From positions 34,433,216 through 34,497,215 of the forward strand of contig NC_086385.1 of assembly GCF_036588685.1 (NCBI RefSeq): a stretch of 64,000 nt of DNA, written 5' to 3'. Of this stretch, positions 25,851-38,118 are shown piece after piece (the stretch's first letter is position 1; the number at the start of each line of letters is the position of its first letter). The notes under the pieces were generated by a model. The model made no database searches, had not been told where the DNA came from, and worked only from the letters and a program-made list of their open reading frames with translations. A program made the position numbers and the translations under genes. The stretch comes from Mytilus trossulus. Its lineage: Eukaryota.

Positions 25851-28765
25851 AAAAAAGATTTCCGCCATGTTGCCAAATTTGTAGATCTTGTCCTGTTGAC
25901 TTATTATTGACATCAAATAGTCTCTTTATAGTTTTCAAAATAATAAGCACACGTAAAACATCATTCAGGGGCAACAACTCCTATAAGATGTCCACACCAT
26001 GATTTTAGCAACACATGTATTGCTATAATTGTATTGCTCATCATTTTTTGTATTTTAAAGTTTCTCCCTATCTGTTATATAATTTAAAAAGTTGGATACA
26101 AATCATAATTAAATGTCAATAACTTCTATATAAAGTCGACTAAAATTTCTGGCCATGTTCATGTTTGTACAGATCTTGTCCATTTTATAACTTCTGCTGT
26201 TTGAAATTTTTATTCATCTACTGTATAAGTATAGTTTTGGTCAAATAATGAAACATGGGTAAACTCAGGAGTTAGGGGACAAATCACATAACTCCAATAA
26301 GGAACCAACAATAGACTATGTTGATAAATTTGTAGATATTGTCCTGTTGACCATTTTTGCTATTCATGTTCTTATTTAAGAAATAATCGATGCAAGCTAT
26401 AATTTATTGTAGTTTTAACATGGGTAGGCATTATATTCGTAATTATTTTTGCCCGAGCAATAGTGAATGTTATTTCCAAATGCAACACAGTACAGTCATA
26501 ATAAATGAATTAGTAATAACATGTGCATCATTTGACAGCTTGGAAGTGTTTCAAATTAATGAAATAAATTAAATGCATGACAATTTCATAAAATTTATTG
26601 TTCTGCAGTAGTCAATATACATGTGTGCAAATAAATTTTATTGGATTTAGAGCATGGGTTTATCCACAAAGTGAAAGAAGCATGTCATATTAAAATAATC
26701 TATTATAAACTATTTTTTACATAATAAGCAATTACATTGTTTTTCTTTTTTGAATTGTTTTACATTGTCATTGTAGGGGCTTTTATAGCTGACTATGAGG
26801 TATGGGCTGTGCTCATTGTTGAAGGTCATATGGTGACCTGTAGAGGCAAACATAAAAAAGGTAGAGGGTTGAAAGCTTTCTAGCTATGTCAATTTTTTCT
26901 TTGAGAGGTATTGATTTAATTCTATTTATGTTTTATTTTTAGCCATGTTGATACATATCTCTAGACACATTTGGTAACAATAGACTAGGAGCATCAATTA
27001 TGTGTTTTTTTTTCATTATTGTCCTGTAAGAATTAGGGCAATTCCACAAAAAAATGTATGGGTGGGGGTGGGGGTTGGAAGGCATATTGTATCAATAATA
27101 CATGGGTGATGGGTAACAGAGCAACTTTTCACACTATAATGCACTATGATTCTCAATAACAATTGTCTGGGTTGCGGGTGCTGACAAAATCTGCCTTCCA
27201 ACCCCCCAACCCCTTACATTTTTTTTCTGGAATAGCAGTTACGAAAATTGAGAATTGAAATAGGGTATGTGTGTTAAAGAGACAGCAACCAGACCAAAAG
27301 GAAAAAGCAATCAAAGGCATCCAATAGGTCTTCAAAACAATGAGAAAATCCCACACCCAGAAGCATGCTTCAGCTTGCCCCTAAGAAAAATGCAAAATTA
27401 CTGTATGTTTGTTTAAGTTCTTCAGTGCCAATTTTATAGACTTGTACATTTAAGGAATGACTGTAATATTTTTTCTGTCTGTGAAGAAATAGCATAAAAA
27501 ATTTGGTGCACACTAAATATCATACGTAGCAGGTTATTTAACAGTGTGCATCACATTTTTTATGTTATTTTGAATAGACAGAAAATATATAACAGTGATT
27601 TCTTATAATTTAATTCTAAATTCCATTTTAAACCGTAGAAAACCATGAAAAAACGTTGATGACATCACAGTCGCATGACTAAATTATGTCTATGGGCTGA
27701 TAACAAAATAACCTCAGCCAATCAGAAGATGTGTTACATCCAAAATTAAATTATTTACCTATAATGGTTTACTTTTACAAATTGCGACTTGGATGGAAAG
27801 TTGTCTCATTTGCACTCATACCACATGTTCTAAAATCTAAAAGGCACTATATCAATAAAATAAGAATAAAACACTTTTATCTTTCTTTCTTTATTTCATA
27901 TACATTCAAAATTGCACAACAACTTCAAATGCAAAATATAATTTAGTACATAAACTCTTTTTTACAAAAATTATATTTTAACAAATATAAGGAAAATTCA
28001 GCACGTGTAATTTTCTTATAATATAAAAGTATAATATATGAAAAGTCAAAATATAAAATAATACTTTCTTTTGACAATAATTTGACTTCCAATAGAAATA
28101 ATCATACATGCATACTCAACATCTTCATAATGTATTTTAAACATTGGGACAATTTTCAACTGGAATTATCTCCCCTATACAACAATCTTCCAACTTGAAT
28201 TATCTCCCATTTCAAATTCAAAATTCTAAAAATTAAATTATCATTCGACTATAAAAATAAACCTTCTAAAATGATGCAATAGAAAAAGACTAAAAATAGT
28301 TTTAAAATGATGTGAAACAAGGCATTTGATAAAACTAGTTTTTTTATAACTGATGGAAAAAAAATAAAAAATTATACAATCTGCCGTAACAACTTCTAAA
28401 CCAAAATAAAAAAAATTAACAACCAAATACTCAACCACTAATAAAAGATGTTTTCATTTAAATCATTACATAGTTAAATAATTGCACTAAATGGTAAGCT
28501 ATACATAAATCCCTCAAAATAAACCATATATATGTAATTTTTTTCTCAAACTGCAAGTGCAAACCATTCACAATTTGCTCTTGTTGAAAAGTATCTCTGA
28601 TTGATAATACTTAATTTTGTTAATTGTTTGTGGTATATAAATTCCTAGGTAATACAAATATTTCAAAGATTGTCCATTTGTATGATATCAAATTTTTCAG
28701 TAATTGTTAATTTCAATGGCCTGCCATTGTCTGTCTTTGGAAATGAAATGCCATATCCGCCCAGG

Positions 28766-31700
28766 TTAATGGCTGGCTACTGCCGGTCTGTTTGAATTTG
28801 AGGTTACTAGTGGATTGTGAGAGTCTATCTTGGAACCAACATTCTTAAATCTGAAAAATAATTATTATATTTTTAAATCTTTGTTAAATTCAAAATTATG
28901 CACCCTTGATAATTACCAATTTAGAATTTTAGGATTCTTGAAGAGCAGCATTAGTTTTACAGAAATCATGTAGCGAACTGCATTACATTAAAAAAGTTGC
29001 AATATGTGGTAAATCTGATGTAAAATCTGAAATATAAATGTTACATCTCTTGCATGGAAAGTCAATTTAATACATCATTACCCATTTATTAATAAATCTT
29101 TCAAGCTGTTTAAGGTGGTACCTTACACTACAGGGAGATAATTGCGTAAAGTCATCTAAACGTTTTAATTATGTTGTGTTGTAAAGGGAATTTTAAGCTT
29201 CTCAATGATAACTAGAGGCTCTAAAGAGCCTGTGTCGCTCACCTTGGTCTATGTGCATATTAAACAAAGGACACAAATGGATTCATGACAAAATTGTATT
29301 TTGGTGATGGTGATGTGTTTGAAGTTCTTACTTTACTGAACGATTTTGCTTCTTACAATTATATCTATAATGAACTTTGCCCATTAGTAACAGAAGACTA
29401 TATTTGGTAAAAATTTACATAAATTTACCAAATTAATGAAAATTGTTAAAAATTGACTATAAAGGGCAATAACTCCTTAAGGGGTCAATTGACCATTTAG
29501 GTCATGTTGACTTATTTGTAGATCTTACTTTGCTGAACATTATTGCTGTTTACAGTTTATCGCTATCTATAATAGTATTCAAGATAACCAAAAACGGCAA
29601 AACTTCTTTAAAAATTACCAATTGGAGGGCAGCAACCCAACAACCAGTTGTCCAATTCATCTGAAAAATTCAGGGCAGATAGATATTGACTTGATTAACA
29701 ATTTAACTTCTTGTCAGATTTGCTCTAGATGCTTTGGTTTCATAGTTATAAGCCAAAAACTGCATTTTACCCCTATGTTCTATTTTTAGCCGTGGCGGCC
29801 ATCTTGGTTGAATGGCCAGGTCATCGGACACATTTTTCAAACTAGATACCCCAAAGATGATTGTGGCCTAGTAGTTTCAGTGGAGATTTTGTAAAAGATT
29901 ACTTAGATTTATGAAAAATGGTTAAAGATTGACTATAAAGGGCAATAACTCCTAAAGGGGTCAACTGACCATTTTGGTCATGTTGACTTATTTGTAGATC
30001 TTACTTTGCTGAACATTATTGCTGTTTACAATTTATCTCTATCTATAATAATATTCAAGATAATAACCAAAAACAGCAAAATTTCCTCAAAATTACCAAT
30101 TCAGGGGCAGCAACCCAACAACCGATTGACCGATTCATCTGAAAATTTCAGGGCAGATAGATCTTGACCTGATAAACATTTTTATCCCATGTCAGATTTC
30201 CTCAAAATGCTTTGGTTTTTGAGTTATAAGCCAAAAACTGCATTTTACCCCTATGTTCTATTTTTAGCGGTGGCGGCCATCTTGGTTGGTTGACCAGGTC
30301 ACGCCACACATTTTTTAAACTAGATACCCCAAAGATGATTGTGGCCAAGTTTGAATTAATTTGGCCCAGTAGTTTCAGAGGAGAAGATTTTTGTAAAAGA
30401 TTACTTTAATTTACGAAAAATGGTTAAAAATTGACTATAAAGGGCAATAACTCCTAAACGGGTCAACTGACCATTTTGGTCATGTTGACTTATTTGTAGA
30501 TCTTACTTTGCTGAACATTATTGCTGTTTACAGTTTATCTCTATCTATAATAATATTCAAGATAATAACCAAAAACAGCAAAATTTCCTCAAAATTACCA
30601 ATTCAGGGGCAGCAACCCAACAACCGATTGACTGATTCATCTGAAAATTTCAGGGCAGATAGATCTTGACCTGATAAACATTTTTACCCCATGTCAGATT
30701 TGCTCTAAATGCTTTGGTTTCTGAGTTATAAGCCAAAAACTGCATTTTACCCCTATGTTCTATTTTTAGCCGTGGCGGCCATCTTGGTTGGTTGACCGGG
30801 TCACGCCACACATTTTTTAAACTAGATACCCCAATGATGATTGTGGCCAAGTTTGGTTTGATTTGGCCCAGTAGTTTCAGAGGAGAAGATTTTTGTAAAA
30901 GTTAACGACGACGGACGACGACGGACGACGACGGACGACGGACGACGACGACGACGACGGACGCCGGACGCAAAGTGATGGGAATAGCTCACTTGGCCCT
31001 TCGGGCCAGGTGAGCTAAAAATTGGTATTTGTCAAACTGCTATATAACCAGTGTAATTTTTGTGACAGAACGGTTGGTTCAAAATTTTAGAAATTTTGAT
31101 ATTTTTGTTAAAGGGTCAAAGTAAATACATTGTCAAAATGTAATGAAAATTAAAAGAGCCAAATTAATTTTAATGAAATTGTTGGGTACCACCTTAAAGT
31201 TAAAATAATTTTGTACAAATTAATTCTTAGAACTATCACTTATTTCTATCTTTTTTCGTTTCTTTCATCTGCTTACCTGGTTTATATTGGCTGACATTTA
31301 ATAATTCATTTCATTATGGTACTGGTCCAAACTATGGATGTCTTTTTGGTTATTTTGTGTAATTTAGTCATGTTTTATCAACAACAAAAAAAGTAAAAAC
31401 ACAAAAATACTGAACTCCGAGGAAAATTCAAAAAGGAAAATCAAAAGGCAAAAGGCAAAATCAATTACATTGTCAACGATGCATGAACAAAACAAACATA
31501 CTTAAGAGTGAAAATGTCAAAAATAGGGGTACAACAGTCATACGTATAATACGTTTTTTTCTGTTAAGTTACTGGTGAAATCAGGAGTCGTGATTAACAT
31601 ATCACATGTCTTACATGTGCTCCTTCTCAAAAGTTTCACTATAATCATAATTAAGAGTCATACCTTGTTAATTTGAATAATTCTTTTTCTTGATTCACTC

Positions 31701-34700
31701 CTTTGTCTGTAGTTGGTGATTTATACGATCTTGTATCATATACTTTTCTTCCTTTTCTGTAAAAAGCAACGATAAAAGTAATATATTTTCATGTGTATAG
31801 CTCAGGGAATTTTAGTTTCTAGGATACAAATTAATTAATTATAGGATAACTAATCGAAATATTCAAATAGAGAAAAATATTCATCGAGTGACCAATCAAC
31901 ACATCAATTCACGAATGCGTGTAGCGCATGAGTCAATATTCAGTGTTTTCAATATTTTAATTCTTTAATTAGTTATTCTTTTTATTACATTGGCAATGGC
32001 TTTTTTAAAAGAAATTAATGTAAAACATGTAAGGAACTATATCTTTTTTCTACGCATTCACAATTTGTTTATTTCACATGTGAAATTATTGGTTTTTATT
32101 TCGCTGGGAAATTAATGTAATTCATTGCAACCAATGTAATAATTTTGATTAGCTATCTCATTCAATGCATATTCTAAAATAAACATGTAAAAATTGTTTT
32201 ACACCACATGTTCAATGTTACACTGAAATTAATTGTCTGAAACCTGTAAAATTGTTGAAAAATTTTCAGTGTATGATTAAAACTCATATCAGTAAAACTT
32301 GAATACTTATTTGGAATATGCATACACTTACTCTTGAACATATTGGGGTCTTGCTGGTTTGCCAAAGGTTGACCTGTATTCTGATGCCCCTTGTTCTTTT
32401 TCTTGTTCATTTAACATGGCTTTATGTTGTACTCTCAGTTTGTCTTGTTTGAATTGCCATTTGTTGATATCATCATGCCATTTTTTCTCGTATTCATATC
32501 CTAGAATCTTTGACATAGACGGTTTGCCATTTCCATTTGTATCTCCCTCAGGTCTGAATAATAAATATCAAATTTGTATATACTGTGCAGAATTATTATG
32601 TGCATTAATTATTGGTAATCATAGACCAAAAACAATATTGTGCAATCTAATTAAAATGATTGAAAAAATTTATGAAGGGAAAACTGATAACTTTTGAAAT
32701 TATGAATTTGCCCGATATGGATTAAACAGCAGGCTATTTATCACATATGCAAAACTACTGTATTTACTACTAAACATATGATAAATTAATATACGGAATA
32801 TTTGAGACGGGTTTCTTACATCTTTTTTTTTCTTACATTTGTACCCTAGAAAACATTCTTACAACTTATTCAACATTTTATTTTACATGGTTTTAAGTAC
32901 ATGTATACCAAAAAAAATAGATATTTGTGCTTACAATGGTAAATATTTAAGATGAGGTCTTTCCAGTTCTATCTGGGACTGTTTAGCTACTGTTGATGGT
33001 TTTGTCCTTTCTTGTGGTCTTGGTTTTGTCTTTAATGGCTTAGCACTACGAACACCAAAACCAGGTTTTTTAACTTCTGGTAATTTAACTGTCTTATCTG
33101 TAACTCTGTCTCCATCCCTCTCAAATGCTGATAACCTATCAAAGGAGAAGGGTTGTCTCCTGGGTCTCTCGTAGAAATCTGTTTCAGGTTTCCATTCCTC
33201 ATGGACCATATATTCAGGAACCATGTACTGATACTCAATGTCATGATTGATTCTGTAAAAGAATTATAAAATACATATAAGCCTTTTCCAAAAAGATGAT
33301 TTTTTTAGCTTTGATATACAGTTAGTAAGGTGTTCACAGCAGGACAGACAACAAAAAAGATCCCTAACATCAATGAAGAGACATTTATTGTCGAAATCCG
33401 GATCTGGTGTACAAAAAAAATATTGACACCTTATATTTGATATGGTAAATAAAGATATGGGAACATAACACTAAACAACATATTTCATTAAATGTGCTGC
33501 CTGTTCTATTAAAACATATACATGATATATGGTGCCCCATGAGACTTATATAAATTTTTAGATTTTCAAATACACTTTCACAAAAAAAAGCAGGTATCTC
33601 ACACACAACTACATGTATATAATGTATATATATATATATATATACGAGTCTAAATTGAAAACTACGTTCAAACCTATGACTGCGTTGGATAAAAACCACA
33701 ATTTTTATATGTGTGCATGTCAAACAAATTTCGTTGTAGAAGGGTCTAAAAACAGCACAAACAACATTTTCCAAAAGACCAAAAGAGTGAAAATATATAT
33801 ATATGAGTTCAATACAGATTTTTGTGCAACAACCTTCACAGAGTGTAAAAGCAAAGAGCATAAAAATGAATAGGAAGTATCAGTACAATGTGTATGTCAG
33901 TGGTTGTAATTTGTTGCAACATGTAACTTGTCATATTATTTTTTGTTTATTGTCTGTCAGGATTTATGCTGTTAGCTTTTTACTTTCAATTGATTCACAA
34001 TTTAGCTTTTTTGTTTTTATATCCTATTAGTCATGTATTTGTTAGACTTTGTGTAAGAGTTTTGCTTATTGTTGAAAGTTGTTTGGTGACATAAAGTTGT
34101 TTAAGGTGGTACCTAACACTACAGGGAGATAACTCTGTAAAATCAGCTAAAGGTTTTAATTACGTTGTGCTATTAAGGGAATATTAAGCTTCTCAATGAT
34201 CAAAATAAGTGTTTGTCAAACTGCTATATAACCAGTGTAATTTTTCTGATAAAACGGTTGGTTCAAATTTTTTAGAATTTTTATATTTTTGTCAAAGGGT
34301 CAAAGTAAATACTTTGTCAAAATTTCAAAAAAAATAAACGAGCCAAATTAATTTTAGTAAAAGTGTTGGGTACCACCTTAAAGCAATCATTTAGACTTTT
34401 GGAAATCATATAATATCTGCCTAATTTTATATTGTTCTGGTAAGTTTGCTCTTACTGTTCAGTCCTTTTCAATTCAGCATCCTCCAGGGCATTATCCTCA
34501 AGATAAAACCATTCAGGTCTGGGATAACCTTTTGGTGCTTTTTCACGCATATTTGGATTCTCTTTGAACTGTAACAAATCTACAATTCACAAAAACAAAC
34601 AATAAAATTAATTGATTATATAATAAGACAGTACTTTGCTACTTGTACTGATGAAAATTTTTTGATTGACATGATTAATTATATTATAATTTTATGTTGT

Positions 34701-37700
34701 TAACATTCCTTCATTTACTAAAAATAAAGACGGTCAAACTTAATGGAAAGAAAAAATAAGATGCTAGGACAAAAGCATTTAACTTAAAACTTAAGATTAA
34801 TTAAATTGATATGAAATGCTCCCCAAATAACCTTAAATTCTTAATTTAAATATCTAGCATAAATCAAAAGATAACCATATAATTATAGGTCTATATTAAA
34901 AGAGAAATTATTACAAATGTAGATTATCTTACTTTGTCGACCACCCTGTTTGGCCAGTCTGATATATTTAGAATCTGTCTCCCTAAACAATGGTTTAATT
35001 GGATCATCCTGGTATTGTCCTTCTATTTCAGCATTCAATCCTGGGATTTGTGAGGTTGCAGGTAATGGCACAGGCTCTGATGGTACCTTTGGTTTAGCAG
35101 GGGCATGGTAGAACCAACCTTAAAAGACATGAATTACAGTTGTTTTCAAAAAGAGTGTAGACATGTTTAAGTACATTGACATACAAAAAAGAAAAATGTA
35201 CTGTGGATTTATTTCTATTCTGGGAATATTAATTTTTCGTGGATTTTGTGGGTGTAGGTTTACCACGAATTCAAGTGTTCAACGTAATACAAATGTTCTA
35301 TAGGCGTGTATTCATACTTTTGCAAAACCATGAAATTAAATAATCACAAAAATGCAATGTTTACTAAATCCACAAAAATTGATACCCATGAAAAAAAGAG
35401 TCCACAATAACAGAAATAAAAATCAGACATGTAAAACAGGATGTTATTATACTGATGAACAGTATTACTGCTAACAGTAAGAAATTCAATGTTCTAATGA
35501 ATCCTACACCATTCACTTATTTCCCAAACAGTTGCACTTTAAATGCATTGCCATGTATCTGTTCTAGTGAAGGCAGCTGTCAAATTGTAAATCATACAAT
35601 TTCTTGCAAATTTGTATATCTGATTCCAAAAATGAAATTTCAGAAAAAAACAAAAATTAATATTAATTCATTATATGTAAGGAAGGTTACAAATGTACAT
35701 GTACATGAACTTTGAAATTTTTAAATGTTCCTCACAAGTATTCAACATAAGATTTTATAGCAATTTAGCAAACCAAAAATATGACAGATCTTTGTATCAA
35801 TGATACACAAAGATTTATATTACATATGTACAAGTATTAAGCTGGAGTTAGCTAATGTTGTCCAGTGACCAATATTTCCAAAAAAAATCTAGACACTTCA
35901 GACTCAGTTAAAAATAGATGTGTCAAAGCAACACAAATGGCCCGTCCCAAAAAGTTGAAAAATCTGCAATTTCAATATAAAAACATGTGGACACAAACAT
36001 GATGATAGCCTCACATATCAAAAATCAGCTCAAAATCTGGAGGGGAAAAGAGAAAAAATTTGTATAACTGTGATTTTCAATAATTTATCAAAGTCCAAAA
36101 TTTCAGCGAAAATTAGCGGAGCAGAACAAAACTGAAGTTTGACCTATAACTCATCACGGTTAACTCACATACCAAAAATCAGCCCAATATCTGAAGGCGT
36201 TTAGAAAAAAAATCCGTATAACTGTGATTTTCAACAATTTCTCAAAGTCCAAAGCCTGTAATTTTGGTAAAAATTAGTGGAGCAGAACGAAACTTAAACT
36301 AGATCTGTAACTCATTATGGTTAACTCACATACCAGAAATCAGCCCATATTCACTTAATCTTATTCACATTTCGGGGTTCATGTATAATTTTTTTTCCCT
36401 CAACTAAATGTGTACATTTTGGGGTTGATGTATATATTTTTTCCCCTCAACTATTTTTAGTTAAGATATTTTTATGCATTTTTTAATCAGTTGAGCATTT
36501 TTCAGGATTTTTAGTTTAATGCTGTTTAAAATTTCCAAAAAAAAAACACCTTAATTGCTAATTATTTTGCATGAAAGTTTGAATTATTGAAAGGGACTCA
36601 TAGTTTTCCGTTTTATTGCTTCTAATTGCCTCATTGTTAAACAACTGCTTTGGTAATGGCTTTGTTGTTTTTTATTAAGTTTTTGAAGAATAAAACATCA
36701 AAAACTACATGTATACTGTTGAGTTAAAACAACAAACATTTTTACTATGCACTTGATAAAGTTATTAATTAATTGAATAGAAAACTTGTCAAAACAGTCA
36801 TTGAATGTTGGGAAAACTTAAAATAATTAACTTTTGTATTCTAACTGCTTGATGCTTTTTAACAATGTTATGCATGATAAAATCCAACCCCCAAAATAGA
36901 TCATGAATTTATACATTTTTAGAATTATTTATATATATTATATCAAATATTATTGAATGCTGAATTGATTTTAAATAGGTGCCAATTTAACTAGATGCCG
37001 ATTTAACCCGGTGCCAATTTGACTTTTTCTAAGGTTGCTGATTTGACCAGGTGCTAATTTGACTTGTACCCCACTGTAATACACCTTATCGCTATTTGTC
37101 CGCCATTACTGGATATCACAGGTTCCCGTAAAATTACAATGTCATAAAACAAAATAGCTGACGCCACAATGAAAAAGTGATTGTTGTATGCATCAAAAGT
37201 TCAAGCGCCAGGGTCAGCCGGGAATAGCGATAAGGTGTATGTTACAGTACCCAAATTGCACCTATTGAACAAAAATACAATGAAGCTTACAAGTTTTCAT
37301 TGAGACTAGAAACATTTGGTATTATTATGATTTGACATTATACACGTCTTTCAACATAGCTGAATTTATTTATATTTATATGGGTCTCAGTTTAACTGTT
37401 CTTTTTCTATCTGACATCTTCATATGAGTTTGTAATTAATCTAATCTAACTTATCTTTAAACCCCCTTTGTAAAGGAACCATATTTTCTCAGGATATGGT
37501 TGATTGTTGAGACTTCAATGTGTCAGAATATTCATCATGTGCAATGTATATGGAAAAGTGTCAGAAGCCTCGCAGTTACAGATTTGTTCTAATGAAAAAA
37601 AAATCATAAAAAAAACATTGAAATAATTCCAATGACTTTGTCCTTGTAATGTAATCATTTCCAATGACTCTTCATAACTCCATATCTGATAGACAGATCC

Positions 37701-37758
37701 AATTATAGGGTCAATTAATCTACTTACCACATTCGTTTATGTTTTTATTCGTGGCCAT
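28766..37758 (-). CDS. C7orf57: C7orf57-like protein, 352 aa
   Basis: Exons 37758-37728, 35118-34933, 34579-34456, 33252-32935, 32553-32332, 31756-31664 and 28850-28766 (1059 nt, in frame). Motifs WFYHAP, SQIPGL, ETDSKYIRLAKQGGR, PEYMVHEEW, MSKILGYEY and LFKLTRFKNV match remembered C7orf57 motifs. Confidence 0.85.
29114..31193. mobile_element. TTAA-flanked Kolobok-like MITE split by a nested Helentron-like insertion
   Basis: TTAA|GGTGGTACC...GGTACCACC|TTAA termini; an uninterrupted sister copy lies at 34105-34377. Confidence 0.8.
29210..31018 (+). mobile_element. Helentron-associated (HINE-like) element with about three ~480-500 bp tandem units
   Basis: 5' AACTAGAGGCTCTAAAGAGCC hairpin and subterminal GCTCACC. 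Units marked by GACTATAAAGGGCAATAACTCC at about 29455, 29931 and 30433. (GACG/GAC)n microsatellite at 30905-30970 and 3' stem-loop AGCTCACTTGGCCC-TTC-GGGCCAGGTGAGCT at 30986-31016. Confidence 0.8.
34105..34377. mobile_element. Kolobok-like MITE, intact 273 bp copy
   Basis: TIRs GGTGGTACCTAACACT / AGTGTTGGGTACCACC with TTAA on both sides. Confidence 0.8.
35915..36350. repeat. ~160 bp tandem units, probable Helentron-type fragment
   Basis: GTATAACTGTGATTTTCAA...CTCACATACCA(A/G)AAATCAGCCCA repeated at about 36062 and 36216. Confidence 0.6.
37079..37240. mobile_element. Small MITE
   Basis: 18 bp perfect TIR ATACACCTTATCGCTATT / AATAGCGATAAGGTGTAT. Confidence 0.7.
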
Positions 37759-38118
37759 ATTTTCATGTATTGACCCAAAAGAACAACAAACAGACCGGAA
37801 GTGTACGTATTCACTTAGCAACGACCTTCTAAAGCTAGAAGTTTAAACGAAGTATGTTGGATTTTTAAAGGACCATTTTTCACACAATAATTGAAAAAAA
37901 CAAATACAATATTAACTTTATTAAGAAATCATTAAGTTCTAACGAACTTGTCTCATCATTAAAAAAAAGAGATCCGTAACTGTCGCACTTCCTTTCTGAA
38001 CTGATCACGTGATCGTCCAATGTGGTTTCTCTTTCACTTTGGCAGGCAAAAACTAATTGCCCTAATTACAGTGTTGACATTGCACTTTACTGATTGTTTT
38101 GATACTGAAACATGTGGA
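37759..38118. promoter_or_regulatory. Bidirectional promoter between the C7orf57-like gene and METTL21A
   Basis: Only 360 bp between the divergent ATGs. ETS motif CCGGAAGT (37795-37802), X-box-like GTTGCTAAGTGAAT (37822-37809), palindromic E-box GATCACGTGATC (38003-38014). Confidence 0.65.

Noticed and set aside
38020-38118. N-terminal extension of METTL21A from ATG 38020
   Set aside because: It lies within promoter motifs and family similarity starts only after ATG 38119. It cannot be fully excluded without TSS data.
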